A stretch of 64,000 bases of DNA, from assembly GCA_963708025.1 (NCBI GenBank), contig CAVPSB010000032.1:64001-128000 (forward strand), written 5' to 3'. Source of the stretch: an uncultured Candidatus Rokubacteria bacterium (GTDB lineage Bacteria; Methylomirabilota; Methylomirabilia; Rokubacteriales; DASRDR01). The notes under the pieces are model-generated. The model did not search any database, had not been told where the DNA came from, and saw only the letters and a list, made by a program, of their open reading frames with translations. Positions 18,978 to 30,177 of the stretch are shown here, one piece after another. The translations under genes and the position numbers were made by a program. Within the stretch, counting starts at the first letter, position 1; every line of letters starts with the position of its first letter.

Positions 18978-19014
18978 AATAGATCCTCCTGAACATCGCG
19001 ATAACTTGCGGGCT

Positions 19015-19220
19015 GCGCCGGGCCGAGAACCGAGCAGCCCCCTCAGGCCGAAGGTTGTCCGCTGGACGCAGGCCCGCGCCCCCTGGTACACCGAGGATGG
19101 GCGCGGGCCGAGGACGACCATAGGCCGGGACGGCCGCCCTGAGGCCGAAGGCCGTCCGAAAAGCGCAGGCCGAGCGCGTCCCGGCCGAGATGGAACTCGC
19201 GAAGGTTATCGGCACGGCGC
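19015..19220 (+). repeat. Family A element between rpsK and rpsD
   Basis: GCGCCGgGCCGAgAACC...GGTTaTCGGCaCGGCGC terminal stem. Confidence 0.9.
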
Positions 19221-19636
19221 TACACCCTGCGTCGCTTCGGGGGTCGGCAGCCGTCGTGCGGGATCGGCGTGACGTCGCGGATCGACGTGATCTCGAGGCC
19301 GACGGCCTGCAGGGACCGGATCGCCGCCTCGCGGCCCGCGCCCGGCCCCTTCACGAACACCTCGACCTGCTTGAGGCCGATCTCCATCGCCTTGCGGGCC
19401 GCGTTCTCCGCCGCCATCTGGGCGGCGAAGGGCGTGCTCTTGCGCGAGCCCTTGAAGCCCACGCTCCCGGCGCTGGCCCAGGTCACGACCCCCCCCATCT
19501 TGTCGGTGATCGTCACGATCGTGTTGTTGAAGGTGGCCTGCACGTGAGCGATCCCCGTGCGGACCTCCTTCCGCTCCTTCTTCTTGCCGCCCTTCTTCCG
19601 CGGCTTGCCTGCTGACGGTGTCGGCTGCTCGGCCAT
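19220..19636 (-). CDS. rpsK: 30S ribosomal protein S11
   Basis: [30 protein letters not shown]. Confidence 0.98.
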   Translation of the reverse strand: MAEQPTPSAGKPRKKGGKKKERKEVRTGIAHVQATFNNTIVTITDKMGGVVTWASAGSVGFKGSRKSTPFAAQMAAENAARKAMEIGLKQVEVFVKGPGAGREAAIRSLQAVGLEITSIRDVTPIPHDGCRPPKRRRV

Positions 19637-19659
19637 GTCTTCCTGCCTTCCTATGAACT

Positions 19660-19680
19660 GGATGCGACGGTTATCGGCAC
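19660..19680 (+). repeat. Family A terminal remnant
   Basis: GGATGCGACGGTTATCGGCAC closely matches the right end of the 31021 copy (GGATGCGACGGGTATCGGCAC). Confidence 0.6.
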
Positions 19681-19684
19681 CGCG

Positions 19685-20086
19685 TCACGACTTGCCGGTC
19701 GTCGGGTTCTTCGACGTCGCCTTTCGCCGGATACCGACACCGCGGCGGGGCCCCTTGCGGGTCCGGGCGTTCGTATGCGTGCGCTGCCCCCGCACCGGCA
19801 ACCCCTTGCGGTGCCGGATTCCGCGATAGGAGCTGATGTCCATCAGGCGCTTGATGTTCATCGAGACCTCGCGGCGGAGGTCCCCCTCGACCCGATACTC
19901 GCGCTCGATGATCTCGCGAAGCCGCCCCACCTCGTCGTCGGACCACTCCTTCACCCGCCGGTTCAGGTCGATCGCGGCCGTGCCGAGGATCCGGCGGGCC
20001 GAGGACCGCCCCAGACCGTAGATGTAGGTGAGCGCCACCTCGCCCCGCTTGTCCCGCGGCAGATCGACACCGGCGATTCGTGCCAT
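19685..20086 (-). CDS. rpsM: 30S ribosomal protein S13
   Basis: [28 protein letters not shown]. Confidence 0.98.
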   Translation of the reverse strand: MARIAGVDLPRDKRGEVALTYIYGLGRSSARRILGTAAIDLNRRVKEWSDDEVGRLREIIEREYRVEGDLRREVSMNIKRLMDISSYRGIRHRKGLPVRGQRTHTNARTRKGPRRGVGIRRKATSKNPTTGKS

Positions 20087-20132
20087 GCTGGTTCTCCTAA
20101 TTGTTCATCTTGGCCGCGACGCTCACGGCCTG

Positions 20133-20187
20133 CGGACCGATCGGACGGCATTCGGCGGACCGATTGGACGGCCTTCGGCCTTTGGGG
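20133..20187 (-). repeat. Tandem pair of GGCC-GAA-GGCC modules (one degenerate)
   Basis: CGGACCGATCGGACGGCATTCGG followed by CGGACCGATTGGACGGCCTTCGGCC. Confidence 0.75.
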
Positions 20188-20202
20188 ACCGTCGCGACCT
20201 AC

Positions 20203-20316
20203 TCATCCTTGCCGTTGCTTGTGGCGCGGGTTCGTGCAGATGATCCGCACCACGCCCTTCCGGCGGATCACCTTGCACTTCTCGCACCGCGCCTTGATCG
20301 ATGGACGGACTTTCAT
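20203..20316 (-). CDS. rpmJ: 50S ribosomal protein L36
   Basis: Manual translation [37 protein letters not shown]. Confidence 0.97.
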   Translation of the reverse strand: MKVRPSIKARCEKCKVIRRKGVVRIICTNPRHKQRQG

Positions 20317-20332
20317 GACTCGTCGATCTCCA

Positions 20333-20572
20333 CTACTTGAACCGATACGTGATCCGGCCCCGCGTCAGATCGTAGGCGGACAGCTCGACCTTCACCCGAT
20401 CGCCGGGCAGGATCCGGATGAAGTTCATCCGCATCTTGCCGGAGACGTGGGCCAGCACCCGGTGACCGTTCTCCAGCTCGACTCGGAACATCGCGTTGGG
20501 CAAGGGCTCGACCACCGTCCCCTCGACCTCGATCGCGTCGTCCTTCGGCTTCTTCGGCTGCCGATCTTCCAT
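20333..20572 (-). CDS. infA: Translation initiation factor IF-1
   Basis: [32 protein letters not shown]; start uncertain. Confidence 0.96.
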   Translation of the reverse strand: MEDRQPKKPKDDAIEVEGTVVEPLPNAMFRVELENGHRVLAHVSGKMRMNFIRILPGDRVKVELSAYDLTRGRITYRFK

Positions 20573-20592
20573 CTGGCCCCGTCTGCGTCCCA

Positions 20593-21348
20593 TCAGGCAG
20601 CCTCCCGTGTCAGAACGTCGGGTCCGGACTCCGTCACCGCCACCGTGTCCTCGAAATGGGCCGCCAGGCTGCCGTCCTCGGTGACGGCCGTCCAGCGGTC
20701 GGCCAGCACCCGCACGCCCCAGTGCCCCATCGTCACCATCGGCTCGATCGCCAACACCATGCCGGATCGCAGGATGGGGCCCTTGCCGGGCTCGCCGAAG
20801 TTCGGGATCTGGGGATCCTCGTGGAGGGCGCGCCCGATGCCGTGACCGACGAAGGCCCGCACGACACCGAGCCCGGCGGCCTCCACGTGCCGCTGCACCG
20901 CGGCCGAGACGTCGCCGAGCCGCTGGCCGGGGCGGACCTGGGCAATGGCCAGGTCCAGCGACTCCCGCGTCACCTCGAGCAGCCGCTGGACGTCCGGCGG
21001 CACCTCGCCGACCGGCAGCGTGACGGCGGCGTCCGCGTAGTAGCCGTCCACGATCGCGCCGAGGTCGAGCCCCACGATGTCCCCCTCCTTCAACCGCCGG
21101 TGGGCGGCCGGGATCCCGTGGACCACCTCCTCGTTGATCGACGCGCAGATCGTCGCGGGGAACCCCCGATAGCCCTTGAACGCCGGCTTCGCTCCCGCTT
21201 GCCGGATGAGGCCCTCCACCTCGGCGTCGATCTCCAGGGTCGACACACCGGGCTTCGTCATCTCCCGGCAGAGCCGGAGGGCCGCCACCAGCACCTGGCC
21301 GGCCTCCCGCATGCGGGCGAGCTCCTGGGCCGACTTCCGCTCGATCAT
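20593..21348 (-). CDS. map: Methionine aminopeptidase type I
   Basis: [30 protein letters not shown]. Confidence 0.96.
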   Translation of the reverse strand: MIERKSAQELARMREAGQVLVAALRLCREMTKPGVSTLEIDAEVEGLIRQAGAKPAFKGYRGFPATICASINEEVVHGIPAAHRRLKEGDIVGLDLGAIVDGYYADAAVTLPVGEVPPDVQRLLEVTRESLDLAIAQVRPGQRLGDVSAAVQRHVEAAGLGVVRAFVGHGIGRALHEDPQIPNFGEPGKGPILRSGMVLAIEPMVTMGHWGVRVLADRWTAVTEDGSLAAHFEDTVAVTESGPDVLTREAA

Positions 21349-21995
21349 CGCCCGCGCTCCGTCGCCCGCAGCATGCCCTCGAACACGTGGTCGACCGGGC
21401 CCTCCCCGGTGATCTCCTCCAGCAACCCGAGGCCCCGGTAGTGCTCCACGACCGGCCGGGTGTCCTGCTCGTAGACCGACAGGCGCCGCCGGACGGTGGC
21501 CTCCTCGTCGTCGCTCCGCTGGTGGAGCGGCCCCCCGCAGGTATCGCAGATCCCGGGCTTCGCCGGCGCCGAGGACGCCAGGTGGTAGTTCCGCCCGCAC
21601 TGCCCGCAGACCCGCCGACCGGTGATCCGCCGCAACAGCTCGGCCTCCGGCGTGCGGAACAGCACCACGCGGTCCAGCCCCAGGCCCCGCTCCTCCAGGA
21701 GGCGATCCAGCGCCTCGGCCTGGGGCAATGTCCGCGGGAACCCGTCCAGGACGAAGCCCTTGCGGGCTCCGGGCCGGGCCAGGGCCTCGCCGACGAGGCC
21801 GATGATCACGGTGTCCGGCACCAGCCCCCCGGAGTCCATGTAGGACTTGGCCTGGCGTCCCAGCTCGGTCCCGGCCGCCACCGCCTCCCGGAGCATGTCG
21901 CCGGTCGAGATCTGGGGCACGCCCCAGCGGGCGGCCGCCCGCCGCGCCTGGGTGCCCTTGCCGGCTCCCGGGGGCCCGAGGAAGATCACGCGCAT
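21345..21995 (-). CDS. adk: Adenylate kinase
   Basis: [18 protein letters not shown], Zn lid CGQC..CDTC. Confidence 0.97.
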   Translation of the reverse strand: MRVIFLGPPGAGKGTQARRAAARWGVPQISTGDMLREAVAAGTELGRQAKSYMDSGGLVPDTVIIGLVGEALARPGARKGFVLDGFPRTLPQAEALDRLLEERGLGLDRVVLFRTPEAELLRRITGRRVCGQCGRNYHLASSAPAKPGICDTCGGPLHQRSDDEEATVRRRLSVYEQDTRPVVEHYRGLGLLEEITGEGPVDHVFEGMLRATERGR

Positions 21996-22002
21996 CGGCG
22001 TT

Positions 22003-22224
22003 TGACCAGGGCCGAGCCCCGAGCACCGGCCAAAGGCCGAAGGCCGTCCGAAGGACGCAGGGAGGAGGCGTCCCCAAGCGTATGCCGCATACGTTGAGGG
22101 GCGCCGACGACCCCCGAGGTCGGGACGGACGCCCACAGGCCGAAGGCCGTCCGATCGCCACAGGCCGAGCGCGTCCCGGTCGGGATGGAGGACGACCCGG
22201 AGCGACGGGTATCGTCCCTGGTCA
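22003..22224 (+). repeat. Family A element between secY and adk
   Basis: TGACCAGGG...CCCTGGTCA outer stem includes the secY stop; two modules. Confidence 0.9.
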
Positions 22225-23547
22225 TGCCCGGACTTTCTGCCGTCGCCGGAGGAAGCCCTCGTAGTGGCGCATGAGCAGATGGGACTCCATCTGCCGCACC
22301 GTGTCGAGGGCCACGCCGACCACGATCAGGAGGCTGGTACCGCCGAAGTAGAACGGGACGCTGAACGAGCGGATCAGGAAGTCTGGCAGCACCGAGATGA
22401 GGGCCAGGAAGACGGCGCCCGGCAGCGTGATGCGGGTCAGCGTTCGGTCGATGAACTCCGCGGTCTTCTTCCCCGGCCGCACCCCCGGGATGAACCCCCC
22501 GTACTTCTTCATGTTGTCGGCCAGGTCGTTCGGATTGAACACGATGGCCGTGTAGAAGTACGTGAAGAAGACGATGAAGCCCATGTAGAGGAGGTAGTAG
22601 AGCCCGTGGCGGGGCAGCGGCCCCGGCGACAGCGCGTCCGAGATCGCCTGCATCCACCAGGTGGGGACGAACCGGGCCAGTGTCGCCGGGAACAGGATGA
22701 TCGACGAGGCGAAGATGACCGGAATGACGCCGGCCGTGTTGATCCGGAGCGGGATGTGGGTCGACTGCCCGCCGTACACCCGCCGGCCGACCACGCGCTT
22801 GGCGTACTGGACCGGGATCTTCCGCTGCCCCTCCTGCATGATCACGACCGCCGCGGTGACGGCGACCATCAGGAGGAGGACGCCGAGCAGGACGAACAGG
22901 CTCAGCTCGCCGGTGGACAGGAGCGTGTAGGTGGCGACCAGCGCCGAGGGAATTCGGACGACGATCCCCGCGAAGATGATGAGCGAGATCCCGTTGCCGA
23001 TCCCCTTTTCCGAGATCTGCTCGCCGAGCCACATGATCAGCGCCGTCCCCGCGGTCAGCGTCATCATCGTGAGGAGGCGGAAGCCCCAGCCCGGGTTGGG
23101 CACCAGGATCCCGCCCGACGGGTCGTTCATGCTCTCCAGCCCGATGGCGATGAAGAGCGACTGGAACGCCGAGAGCACGATCGTCCCGTAGCGGGTGTAC
23201 TGGGTGATCTTCTTCCGCCCGGCCTCCCCTTCCTTGGCCAGCCGCTCGAGCGCCGGGACGACGACCGTGAGGAGCTGCAGGATGATCGACGCCGAGATGT
23301 ACGGCATGATCCCGAGCGCGAAGACCGTCAGCCGGCGGAGGTTCCCGCCCGAGAAGAGATCGACCAGCCCCAGCAGCGTGCCCTGGACCGAGTCGAAGAA
23401 CCGCGACAGCGCCTCGCCGTCGACACCCGGGGTGGGCACGTGCGCGCCCAGCCGGTAGGCCGCCAGCAGCCCGAAGGTCACCAGCAGCCGGCGCTTCAGC
23501 TCCGGGATCTTGGTGACGTTCTGGAGGTTCTGCAGGACCTCGATCAC
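22222..23547 (-). CDS. secY: Preprotein translocase SecY
   Basis: FALGIMPYISASII, GIGNGISLIIF, GGTSLLIVVGV. Confidence 0.98.
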   Translation of the reverse strand: MIEVLQNLQNVTKIPELKRRLLVTFGLLAAYRLGAHVPTPGVDGEALSRFFDSVQGTLLGLVDLFSGGNLRRLTVFALGIMPYISASIILQLLTVVVPALERLAKEGEAGRKKITQYTRYGTIVLSAFQSLFIAIGLESMNDPSGGILVPNPGWGFRLLTMMTLTAGTALIMWLGEQISEKGIGNGISLIIFAGIVVRIPSALVATYTLLSTGELSLFVLLGVLLLMVAVTAAVVIMQEGQRKIPVQYAKRVVGRRVYGGQSTHIPLRINTAGVIPVIFASSIILFPATLARFVPTWWMQAISDALSPGPLPRHGLYYLLYMGFIVFFTYFYTAIVFNPNDLADNMKKYGGFIPGVRPGKKTAEFIDRTLTRITLPGAVFLALISVLPDFLIRSFSVPFYFGGTSLLIVVGVALDTVRQMESHLLMRHYEGFLRRRQKVRA

Positions 23548-24002
23548 GCCGAGACCACCTCGGCCCGCCCGCCGGTCGCCTGGATCTTGTCGGCGGCGGC
23601 CTTCGAGAAGGCATGGGCGTGGACCACGAACGCGTGACCAGCGGGCAACTGGCCCTCGGCCAGCACCTTGACCAGAGGGTCCTGGCCCGGCTTGATCAGC
23701 CCCCCCGTCGCCAGCGCCTCCAGCGTCACCTCGCCACCGGCCGGGAACACTCGCGCCAGGTCTCGCAGGTTCACGGGGGTGAACTCCCGGCGGGCCGGGT
23801 TGTGGAAGCCGCGCTTGGGAATCCGGCGGTAGAGCGGCATCTGGCCGCCCTCGAACCCGCCCCGCTTCCCGCCGCCCGAGCGCGCCTTGTGCCCCTTGTG
23901 GCCGCGGGTCGAGGTCTTCCCGTGACCCGAGCCGGGACCGCGGCCGATGCGCTTCCGCTTCTTCCGGGAGCCGGCGGCCGGCCGGAGGTCGCCCAGGTTC
24001 AT
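23544..24002 (-). CDS. rplO: 50S ribosomal protein L15
   Basis: GRGPGSG.GKT..RGHKG, FEGGQMPL. Confidence 0.97.
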   Translation of the reverse strand: MNLGDLRPAAGSRKKRKRIGRGPGSGHGKTSTRGHKGHKARSGGGKRGGFEGGQMPLYRRIPKRGFHNPARREFTPVNLRDLARVFPAGGEVTLEALATGGLIKPGQDPLVKVLAEGQLPAGHAFVVHAHAFSKAAADKIQATGGRAEVVSA

Positions 24003-24268
24003 GCCGATGTCTCCTCTTCGACGCGCACCGCGTACGGAACGCGGGCCACCATCCCTCGGATCGACGGCGTGTCGTCGTGCTCGACCGTCGCCCGGATCTT
24101 CCGGAGGCCCAGGGCCTGGAGCGTCTTCACGTGATTGGGCTTGAGCCCGATCAGGCTCCGCAGGAGCGTGATCTTCAATCTGCTCACGGCGGCTCCGGCC
24201 TGCGGATCCTTCGACGGCCTTCGGCCATTGGGCGACGCCGCTCCTTTCTTAGGCTTCTTGCTTGGCAA
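23999..24268 (-). CDS. rpmD: 50S ribosomal protein L30 (start TTG 24268 or GTG 24187)
   Basis: [25 protein letters not shown]. Confidence 0.92.
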   Translation of the reverse strand: MPSKKPKKGAASPNGRRPSKDPQAGAAVSRLKITLLRSLIGLKPNHVKTLQALGLRKIRATVEHDDTPSIRGMVARVPYAVRVEEETSA

Positions 24269-24779
24269 GGACCGCCTCCTCCCCCTCCTGCAGCGGCTTG
24301 CGACGGAGCGTGTGGAGGTCCTGCAGCCTCCGCATTCGCTGGAGCGCGTCGATCGTGGCCTTCAGCACGTTGTGCGGATTGTGCGAGCCGATCGTCTTGG
24401 TCAGGACGTCCTGCACGCCCGCCGCCTCCAGGACCGCCCGCACCGAGCCGCCCGCGATCAGCCCCGTCCCCTGCGACGCCGGCTTGAGGAACACCCGCCC
24501 GGACCCGTACCGGCCGGTGATCTCGCACGGCACCGTGGTGTCACGGAGCGGGACGAGGATCAGCTCCTTCTTGGCGTGCTCGACCGCCTTCCGGATCGCC
24601 TCCGGGACCTCCTTCGCTTTGCCGAGCCCGATCCCGACGTGGCCGCCTCCATCGCCCACGACGACCAGCGCGGTGAAGGAGAAGCGCCGGCCTCCCTTCA
24701 CCACCTTGGCCACTCGGTTGATGGCCACCACCCGGTCCTTCAGCTCGAGCGAGCCCGGATCTATGCGCGCTTCGGCCAT
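24249..24779 (-). CDS. rpsE: 30S ribosomal protein S5
   Basis: [27 protein letters not shown]. Confidence 0.98.
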   Translation of the reverse strand: MAEARIDPGSLELKDRVVAINRVAKVVKGGRRFSFTALVVVGDGGGHVGIGLGKAKEVPEAIRKAVEHAKKELILVPLRDTTVPCEITGRYGSGRVFLKPASQGTGLIAGGSVRAVLEAAGVQDVLTKTIGSHNPHNVLKATIDALQRMRRLQDLHTLRRKPLQEGEEAVLAKQEA

Positions 24780-24793
24780 ATGCTCTCCAGTCC

Positions 24794-25159
24794 CTAGAAT
24801 GCCAGTCCCGCGGCCCTGGCCGCGTCCGCCAGTGCCTTCACCCGCCCGTGATACTTGTATCCGGCTCGGTCGAACACGACCACCCCGATCCCCTTCTCTT
24901 TGGCCTTCCGGGCGATCAGCTCCCCGACGGCCTTGGCCGCGGTGATGTTGCCCCCGGACGGAGACTGCCCGCGCAGCTCGGGAGAGAGACTCCCGGTCGT
25001 GATCAACGTGGCGCCGCGCTCGTCGTCCACGATCTGGGCGTAGATGTGCTTCAGGCTGCGGAACACCACCAGGCGCGGACGCCCGGTCGTTCCGCGGACC
25101 ACCTGCCGGATCCGCCGATGACGGACGGCCCGGCCCTCTTCTCGCGTCTTGACGCTCAT
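24794..25159 (-). CDS. rplR: 50S ribosomal protein L18
   Basis: [26 protein letters not shown]. Confidence 0.98.
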   Translation of the reverse strand: MSVKTREEGRAVRHRRIRQVVRGTTGRPRLVVFRSLKHIYAQIVDDERGATLITTGSLSPELRGQSPSGGNITAAKAVGELIARKAKEKGIGVVVFDRAGYKYHGRVKALADAARAAGLAF

Positions 25160-25175
25160 CGTCGATGTTCCTCGG

Positions 25176-25715
25176 TTACTTCGCCCCGGTCTTGCCCACC
25201 TTCTTGCGGACCACCTCGTCGGAGTAGCGGACGCCCTTGCCCTTGTAGGAGTCCGGTGGGCGCAGCGCGCGGATCTGGGCCGCCGTCTGCCCCACCAGGT
25301 GCTTGTCCACGCCCCGCAGGGTGATCAGCGTCTGCTTGTCCAGCTCGGCCTGCACCCCCTCCGGCAACGGGAACACGATCGGGTGCGAGTAGCCCAGGCT
25401 GAACGTCAGGGCCCGGCCGGCGAGCTGGGCCCGGTAGCCGATGCCGACGATCTCCAGCTTGCGCTCGAAGCCGTCCGTCACGCCCCGGACCATGTTCGCC
25501 ACCAGGGCCCGGGTCAGCCCGTGGAGCGCCTTGGCCGTCCGGTGGTCGCCGGCCCGGTGCACGACGATGGTCCCGTCGGACACCTGCACCGAGCAGAGCG
25601 CGTGGACGGTGAGCGCGAGCTTCCCCTTGGGTCCCTGGACCTCGACGTGGTCGCCCGTGACGGCGACCTGCACACCCTTCGGAATCGCGATCGGCTTCTT
25701 CCCTATCCTCGACAT
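25176..25715 (-). CDS. rplF: 50S ribosomal protein L6
   Basis: [17 protein letters not shown]. Confidence 0.98.
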   Translation of the reverse strand: MSRIGKKPIAIPKGVQVAVTGDHVEVQGPKGKLALTVHALCSVQVSDGTIVVHRAGDHRTAKALHGLTRALVANMVRGVTDGFERKLEIVGIGYRAQLAGRALTFSLGYSHPIVFPLPEGVQAELDKQTLITLRGVDKHLVGQTAAQIRALRPPDSYKGKGVRYSDEVVRKKVGKTGAK

Positions 25716-25734
25716 GGCGGTCGTCTCCAGCCCA

Positions 25735-26136
25735 TCACCAGACGAAACAGAGCACCTCACCGCCGATCCGCTGGCGCCGGGCTTCCCGGTCGGGCAGCAC
25801 CCCGCGCGGCGTTGACAGGACGGCCACTCCCATCCCGCCCAGGACGCTCGGGATCTTGTCGGCGGCAACGTAGCGCCGGCGGCCCGGCTTCGACACCCGC
25901 CGCAGCCCGGTGATGACGCGCTCCTGGCCCGGGCCATACTTGAGATAGACTCGGAGGATCCCCTGCTTGCGGTCCTCGATGAGGCGGAAGTTCTTGATGA
26001 AGCCTTCCTCTTTCAAGAGCTCCGCGATGCGCACCTTCAGCTTCGACGAGGGGATGTCGACCTTCTCGTGCTCCGCCGTGCTGCCGTTGCGGATCCTCGT
26101 CAACATGTCCCCGATCGGGTCCGTCACCATCGCCAT
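25735..26136 (-). CDS. rpsH: 30S ribosomal protein S8
   Basis: [28 protein letters not shown]. Confidence 0.98.
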   Translation of the reverse strand: MAMVTDPIGDMLTRIRNGSTAEHEKVDIPSSKLKVRIAELLKEEGFIKNFRLIEDRKQGILRVYLKYGPGQERVITGLRRVSKPGRRRYVAADKIPSVLGGMGVAVLSTPRGVLPDREARRQRIGGEVLCFVW

Positions 26137-26158
26137 CAGTCGCTCCCTCCGTGGCGCC

Positions 26159-26344
26159 TCACCAGGAGGCCTTGACCACGCCCGGGACCTCGCCCCGGAG
26201 CGCCAGGGCGCGGAAACAAATCCGGCAGAGCTGGAACTTCCGGAGGTAGCCTCGCGGTCGTCCGCACAGCCGGCAGCGTGTGTACGCGCGGACTTTGAAC
26301 TTCGGCGTCCGCTGCTGCTTCATGATCAAGGACGTCTTGGCCAT
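26159..26344 (-). CDS. rpsN: 30S ribosomal protein S14 (zinc type)
   Basis: RCRLCGR...[14 protein letters not shown]. Confidence 0.97.
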   Translation of the reverse strand: MAKTSLIMKQQRTPKFKVRAYTRCRLCGRPRGYLRKFQLCRICFRALALRGEVPGVVKASW

Positions 26345-26347
26345 ACG

Positions 26348-27097
26348 CTACTCCCTGAACGGGACGCCGAGGTGCACCAGCAACGCCTTCGCCTCCTCGT
26401 CGCTCCGCGCCGTGGTGCACACGATCACGTCCATCCCGCGGACCTTGTCGATCTTGTCGTACAGGATCTCGGGAAAGATGACCTGCTCCCGGAGCCCGAG
26501 GGCGAAGTTTCCGCGCCCGTCGAAGGACTTCGGCGAGACGCCCCTGAAGTCCCGGACGCGGGGCAGCGCCGCGTTGACGAGGCGGTCCAGGAACTCGTAC
26601 ATGCGCGCCCCCCGGAGGGTCACCTTGGCCCCGATCGGCATCCCGCTCCGGAGCTTGAAGTTCGCGATCGACTTCTTGGCCTTCGTGACCACCGGCTTCT
26701 GTCCGGTGATGGCCTGGAGATCGGCGACCGCCGAGTCCAGGATCTTGACGTTGTCCCGCGCTTCCCCGAGCCCCATGTTGACGACGATCTTCTCGAGGCG
26801 CGGCACCTCGAGCGGGTTCCGGTAGCCCCGCTCCGTCATGAGCGCGGCGACGATCGCCGTGCGGAACCGCTCCCGGAGCCGGGGCGGGATCGTCCCCGTG
26901 CTCCGCGCGCGGGTCGGGGGCGCCTGCTCCTCGGGCTTCGTCTTCGCCGCCGCCTGGCCCTTGCCCCCCGGCTGGCCCTTGCCGGCGGCCTGGCCCTTGG
27001 CGCCCGGCGCCCCGGGCTTCCCGCCGGCAGGACCCCCCTTCCCGCCACCCGGCTTGGCCGGAGCGGGCGCCGCTTGAGGCTTCTCAGGCTTCGCCAT
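26348..27097 (-). CDS. rplE: 50S ribosomal protein L5 with low-complexity N-terminal extension
   Basis: [25 protein letters not shown]. Confidence 0.96.
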   Translation of the reverse strand: MAKPEKPQAAPAPAKPGGGKGGPAGGKPGAPGAKGQAAGKGQPGGKGQAAAKTKPEEQAPPTRARSTGTIPPRLRERFRTAIVAALMTERGYRNPLEVPRLEKIVVNMGLGEARDNVKILDSAVADLQAITGQKPVVTKAKKSIANFKLRSGMPIGAKVTLRGARMYEFLDRLVNAALPRVRDFRGVSPKSFDGRGNFALGLREQVIFPEILYDKIDKVRGMDVIVCTTARSDEEAKALLVHLGVPFRE

Positions 27098-27129
27098 GAT
27101 CTATGCTCCCGGGCCGGGGCGAGCCCCAG

Positions 27130-27468
27130 CTACGACTTGTCGACGATCTCGTTGCACTTCTTGCACGCCCGCACCCGGCGGCCGTCGGCCAGGGTCTGGG
27201 TCCCCGTTCGGGTCGGCTTGCCGCACTTGCCGCAGACCAGCATCACGTTCGAGATGTGCAGCGAGCCTTCGCGCTCGATGATGCCGCCCTGGCGGATCTT
27301 CTGCGTCGGCCGCTGATGCCGCTTGATGAAGTTCACCCGCTCGACGATGACCCGCTGCTTCTCCGCCAGCACGATGAGCACCTTGCCCCGCTTGCCCTTC
27401 TCCTTGCCGGCGATCACCTCGACCGTGTCGTTTCGCTTGATCGAGCGCCTCGTGGGAGCGTCAGCCAT
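27130..27468 (-). CDS. rplX: 50S ribosomal protein L24
   Basis: KOW motif VIAGKEKGKRG; HISNV. Confidence 0.97.
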   Translation of the reverse strand: MADAPTRRSIKRNDTVEVIAGKEKGKRGKVLIVLAEKQRVIVERVNFIKRHQRPTQKIRQGGIIEREGSLHISNVMLVCGKCGKPTRTGTQTLADGRRVRACKKCNEIVDKS

Positions 27469-27476
27469 GGTCGTCC

Positions 27477-27845
27477 TCAGATCACTTCCGGAGCCAGCGA
27501 GATGATCTTCATGAACTGCCGATCCCGCAGCTCCCGCGCGATCGGGCCGAAGATCCGGGTCCCGATCGGGTTGTTCTGGGGATTCAACAGCACCGCCGCA
27601 TTCCGATCGAACTTGATGTGCGATCCGTCCGGCCGCCGGATCTCCTTGGCCGTCCGGACGACCACCGCCCGGGCCACCTCACCCTTTTTCACCGAGCCTT
27701 CCGGGGTGGCCTCCTTGATCGCCACGATGATCGTGTCGCCGATCGTCGCGTACTTCTTGTTCGAGCCCCCCATGACCCGGATACACTGCACCTTCTTGGC
27801 GCCGGAGTTGTCCGCGACCTCGAGCATCGTCCGTGGCTGAATCAT
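27477..27845 (-). CDS. rplN: 50S ribosomal protein L14
   Basis: [23 protein letters not shown]. Confidence 0.98.
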   Translation of the reverse strand: MIQPRTMLEVADNSGAKKVQCIRVMGGSNKKYATIGDTIIVAIKEATPEGSVKKGEVARAVVVRTAKEIRRPDGSHIKFDRNAAVLLNPQNNPIGTRIFGPIARELRDRQFMKIISLAPEVI

Positions 27846-27867
27846 CGCCCATGCATCCCCTCGCGGG

Positions 27868-28110
27868 CTACGAGGCCCGCTGGAGGATCTCCTTGATGCG
27901 CCACCGCTTGTCCTTCGACAGGGGGCGGGTTTCGATGATGAGCACCCGGTCCCCGACGTGCGCCTCGTTCCGCTCGTCGTGCGCCTTGAAGCGGCTCGTC
28001 CGCTTGATGACCCGCTCGTAGCGGGCGTGCCGGAACGTCCGCTCCACGGCCACCACGCGTGTCTTGTTCATCTTGTCGCTGACCACCAACCCGATCCGGG
28101 TCTTCTGCAC
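27868..28110 (-). CDS. rpsQ: 30S ribosomal protein S17
   Basis: [25 protein letters not shown]. Confidence 0.97.
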   Translation of the reverse strand: MQKTRIGLVVSDKMNKTRVVAVERTFRHARYERVIKRTSRFKAHDERNEAHVGDRVLIIETRPLSKDKRWRIKEILQRAS

Positions 28111-28126
28111 GCCGTGCCTCCCGATC

Positions 28127-28336
28127 TCACCCGCGCTGGAGCCCGAGAACGCGCTCCCGCAAGATCGTCTTGATCCGGGCGATGTCCCGCCGCACCTGGC
28201 CGATCCGGGCCGGGTTCTTCGCCATCGACATCGACACCTGGAACCGCAGATTGAACAGCTCTTCCGTCAGCTCCCGGGAGCGCTGCTCGAGCTCGCCCTC
28301 GCTCAGGTCGCGGAAGTTGACCTTGTTCTTCGCCAT
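28127..28336 (-). CDS. rpmC: 50S ribosomal protein L29
   Basis: [18 protein letters not shown]. Confidence 0.96.
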   Translation of the reverse strand: MAKNKVNFRDLSEGELEQRSRELTEELFNLRFQVSMSMAKNPARIGQVRRDIARIKTILRERVLGLQRG

Positions 28337-28340
28337 TTCC

Positions 28341-28754
28341 TCATTCCTTGGAGCGCATGACGAACTTCGTCTTGATCGGCAGCTTGGCACTCGCCAGCGT
28401 GAACGCCTCGCGGGCGACGGCCTCCGCCATCCCCTCCATCTCGTAGAGGATGCGCCCCGGCTTCACGACCGCCACCCAGTACTCCGGGTTCCCCTTGCCC
28501 TTCCCCATCCGCGTCTCGGCGGGCTTCTTGGTGAAGGGCTTGTCCGGGAAGACGCGGATCCAGATCTTGCCGCCCCGCTTGACGGCCCGGGTCAGCGCCA
28601 CCCGGCCCGCCTCCAACTGGCGATTGGTGATCCACGCCGGCTCCATCGCCTTCAGGCCGAAGTCCCCAAAGGCGAGGCTCGATCCCCGGAGGGCGATTCC
28701 CTTCATGCGCCCCCGCTGCTGCTTGCGGTACTTGACGCGCTTGGGCTGCAACAT
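28341..28754 (-). CDS. rplP: 50S ribosomal protein L16
   Basis: [20 protein letters not shown]. Confidence 0.98.
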   Translation of the reverse strand: MLQPKRVKYRKQQRGRMKGIALRGSSLAFGDFGLKAMEPAWITNRQLEAGRVALTRAVKRGGKIWIRVFPDKPFTKKPAETRMGKGKGNPEYWVAVVKPGRILYEMEGMAEAVAREAFTLASAKLPIKTKFVMRSKE

Positions 28755-28763
28755 GACGCGGGA

Positions 28764-29414
28764 CTAGCCGAGCTCGGCGGCGCGGGCGCTGGGGAGCACC
28801 TCGCCCTTGAAGATCCAGACCTTTACGCCGATCGTCCCGTAAGTGGTATGGGCGGTGGCGACCCCGAACTCGATGTCGGCCCGCAGCGTCTGGAGCGGCA
28901 CCCGTCCGTCGCGGTACCACTCCCGCCGCGCGATCTCGGCGCCGCCCAGCCGCCCGGCACAGGCGATCCGGATGCCGTCGGCCCCGAGCCGGAGCGCGCT
29001 CTGCACGGCCTTCTTCATCGCCCGCCGGAACGCCACCCGCTTCTGGAGCTGGAGGGCGACGTTCTCGGCGACGAGCTGAGCGTCCAGCTCCGGGTGGACC
29101 ACCTCCTCGATGTTCAGGTGGACCTCCTTGCCCGTGCGCGCCTGCAGCTCGTTCTTGAGCTTCTCGACCTCCGACCCCTTGCGTCCGATGATGATGCCCG
29201 GCCGGGCGGTGTTGATCGTGATCTTGACCCGGTTGGCCGACCGCTCGATGTCGATCCGCGAGATCCCGGCGTGGTAGAGGGCTTCCTTGATGTAGCGCCG
29301 GATCTTCGTGTCCTCGTGGAGGAGGTTCGCGTAGTCCTTCTTCGCGAACCACCGCGAGCTCCATGTCCGGGTCGTGCCCAGCCGGAACCCGATCGGGTGG
29401 ACCTTCTGTCCCAT
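28764..29414 (-). CDS. rpsC: 30S ribosomal protein S3
   Basis: [23 protein letters not shown]. Confidence 0.98.
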   Translation of the reverse strand: MGQKVHPIGFRLGTTRTWSSRWFAKKDYANLLHEDTKIRRYIKEALYHAGISRIDIERSANRVKITINTARPGIIIGRKGSEVEKLKNELQARTGKEVHLNIEEVVHPELDAQLVAENVALQLQKRVAFRRAMKKAVQSALRLGADGIRIACAGRLGGAEIARREWYRDGRVPLQTLRADIEFGVATAHTTYGTIGVKVWIFKGEVLPSARAAELG

Positions 29415-29887
29415 TAGGCGCTCCTCGTCGAGCCGGTTTTCGTTCCGGCTCCCTTGCCCGGCTGTCCCGACCCGGTGCCCCGGCCCCTCTCGGGAGCCCG
29501 GCCGCCGCTCCGCCGCCCGGCGGCGGAGGCAGCGTGGGCTCGGGACCGGCCCTCGGGCGGCGGGGTCAGCGTGACCGTGATGTGGCTCGTCCGGTGCTTG
29601 ATGTGGAAGGCCCGCCCCATGGCCCGGGGCTGGATCCGCTTGAGCGACGGACCGCCGTCGATGAACGCCCCCACCCGAAGGTCCTCGGGGCTCCGCACCT
29701 GGTGGTTGTGCTCGGCGTTGGCGATCGCCGAGCGCAGCACCTTCTCGATGAGCCGGGCGGCGGCCTGCGGCGAGAATTGTAAAATGGACAGCGCTTCCGC
29801 GACCGACTTGCCCCGGATCAGGTCCGCGATCAGGCGGGCCTTGGTCGGCGACACCCGGATGTAGTAGGCGACGGCCTTGGTCAGCAT
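29414..29887 (-). CDS. rplV: 50S ribosomal protein L22 with C-terminal extension
   Basis: [22 protein letters not shown]. Confidence 0.97.
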   Translation of the reverse strand: MLTKAVAYYIRVSPTKARLIADLIRGKSVAEALSILQFSPQAAARLIEKVLRSAIANAEHNHQVRSPEDLRVGAFIDGGPSLKRIQPRAMGRAFHIKHRTSHITVTLTPPPEGRSRAHAASAAGRRSGGRAPERGRGTGSGQPGKGAGTKTGSTRSA

Positions 29888-29890
29888 GGG

Positions 29891-30175
29891 CTATTTCAGC
29901 GCGGTGGACCGCTCGGTGTGCGAGCCGTGAGCCCGGAAGGTCCGGGTCGGCGCGAACTCGCCGAGCTTGTGTCCGACCATGCTCTCGGTGATGTAGACGG
30001 GAATGAATTTCCGGCCGTTGTGCACGGCCAGGGTGTGGCCGACGAACTCCGGCGAGATGGTGGAGCGCCGGGACCAGGTCTTGACCACCTTCTTCTGCCG
30101 CGAGTTGTTCAGCTCCTCCACCTTGTCCAGGAGGTGCTGGTCGATGAACGGCCCCTTCTTCAGCGAGCGCCCCAT
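29891..30175 (-). CDS. rpsS: 30S ribosomal protein S19
   Basis: [21 protein letters not shown]. Confidence 0.98.
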   Translation of the reverse strand: MGRSLKKGPFIDQHLLDKVEELNNSRQKKVVKTWSRRSTISPEFVGHTLAVHNGRKFIPVYITESMVGHKLGEFAPTRTFRAHGSHTERSTALK

Positions 30176-30177
30176 GC

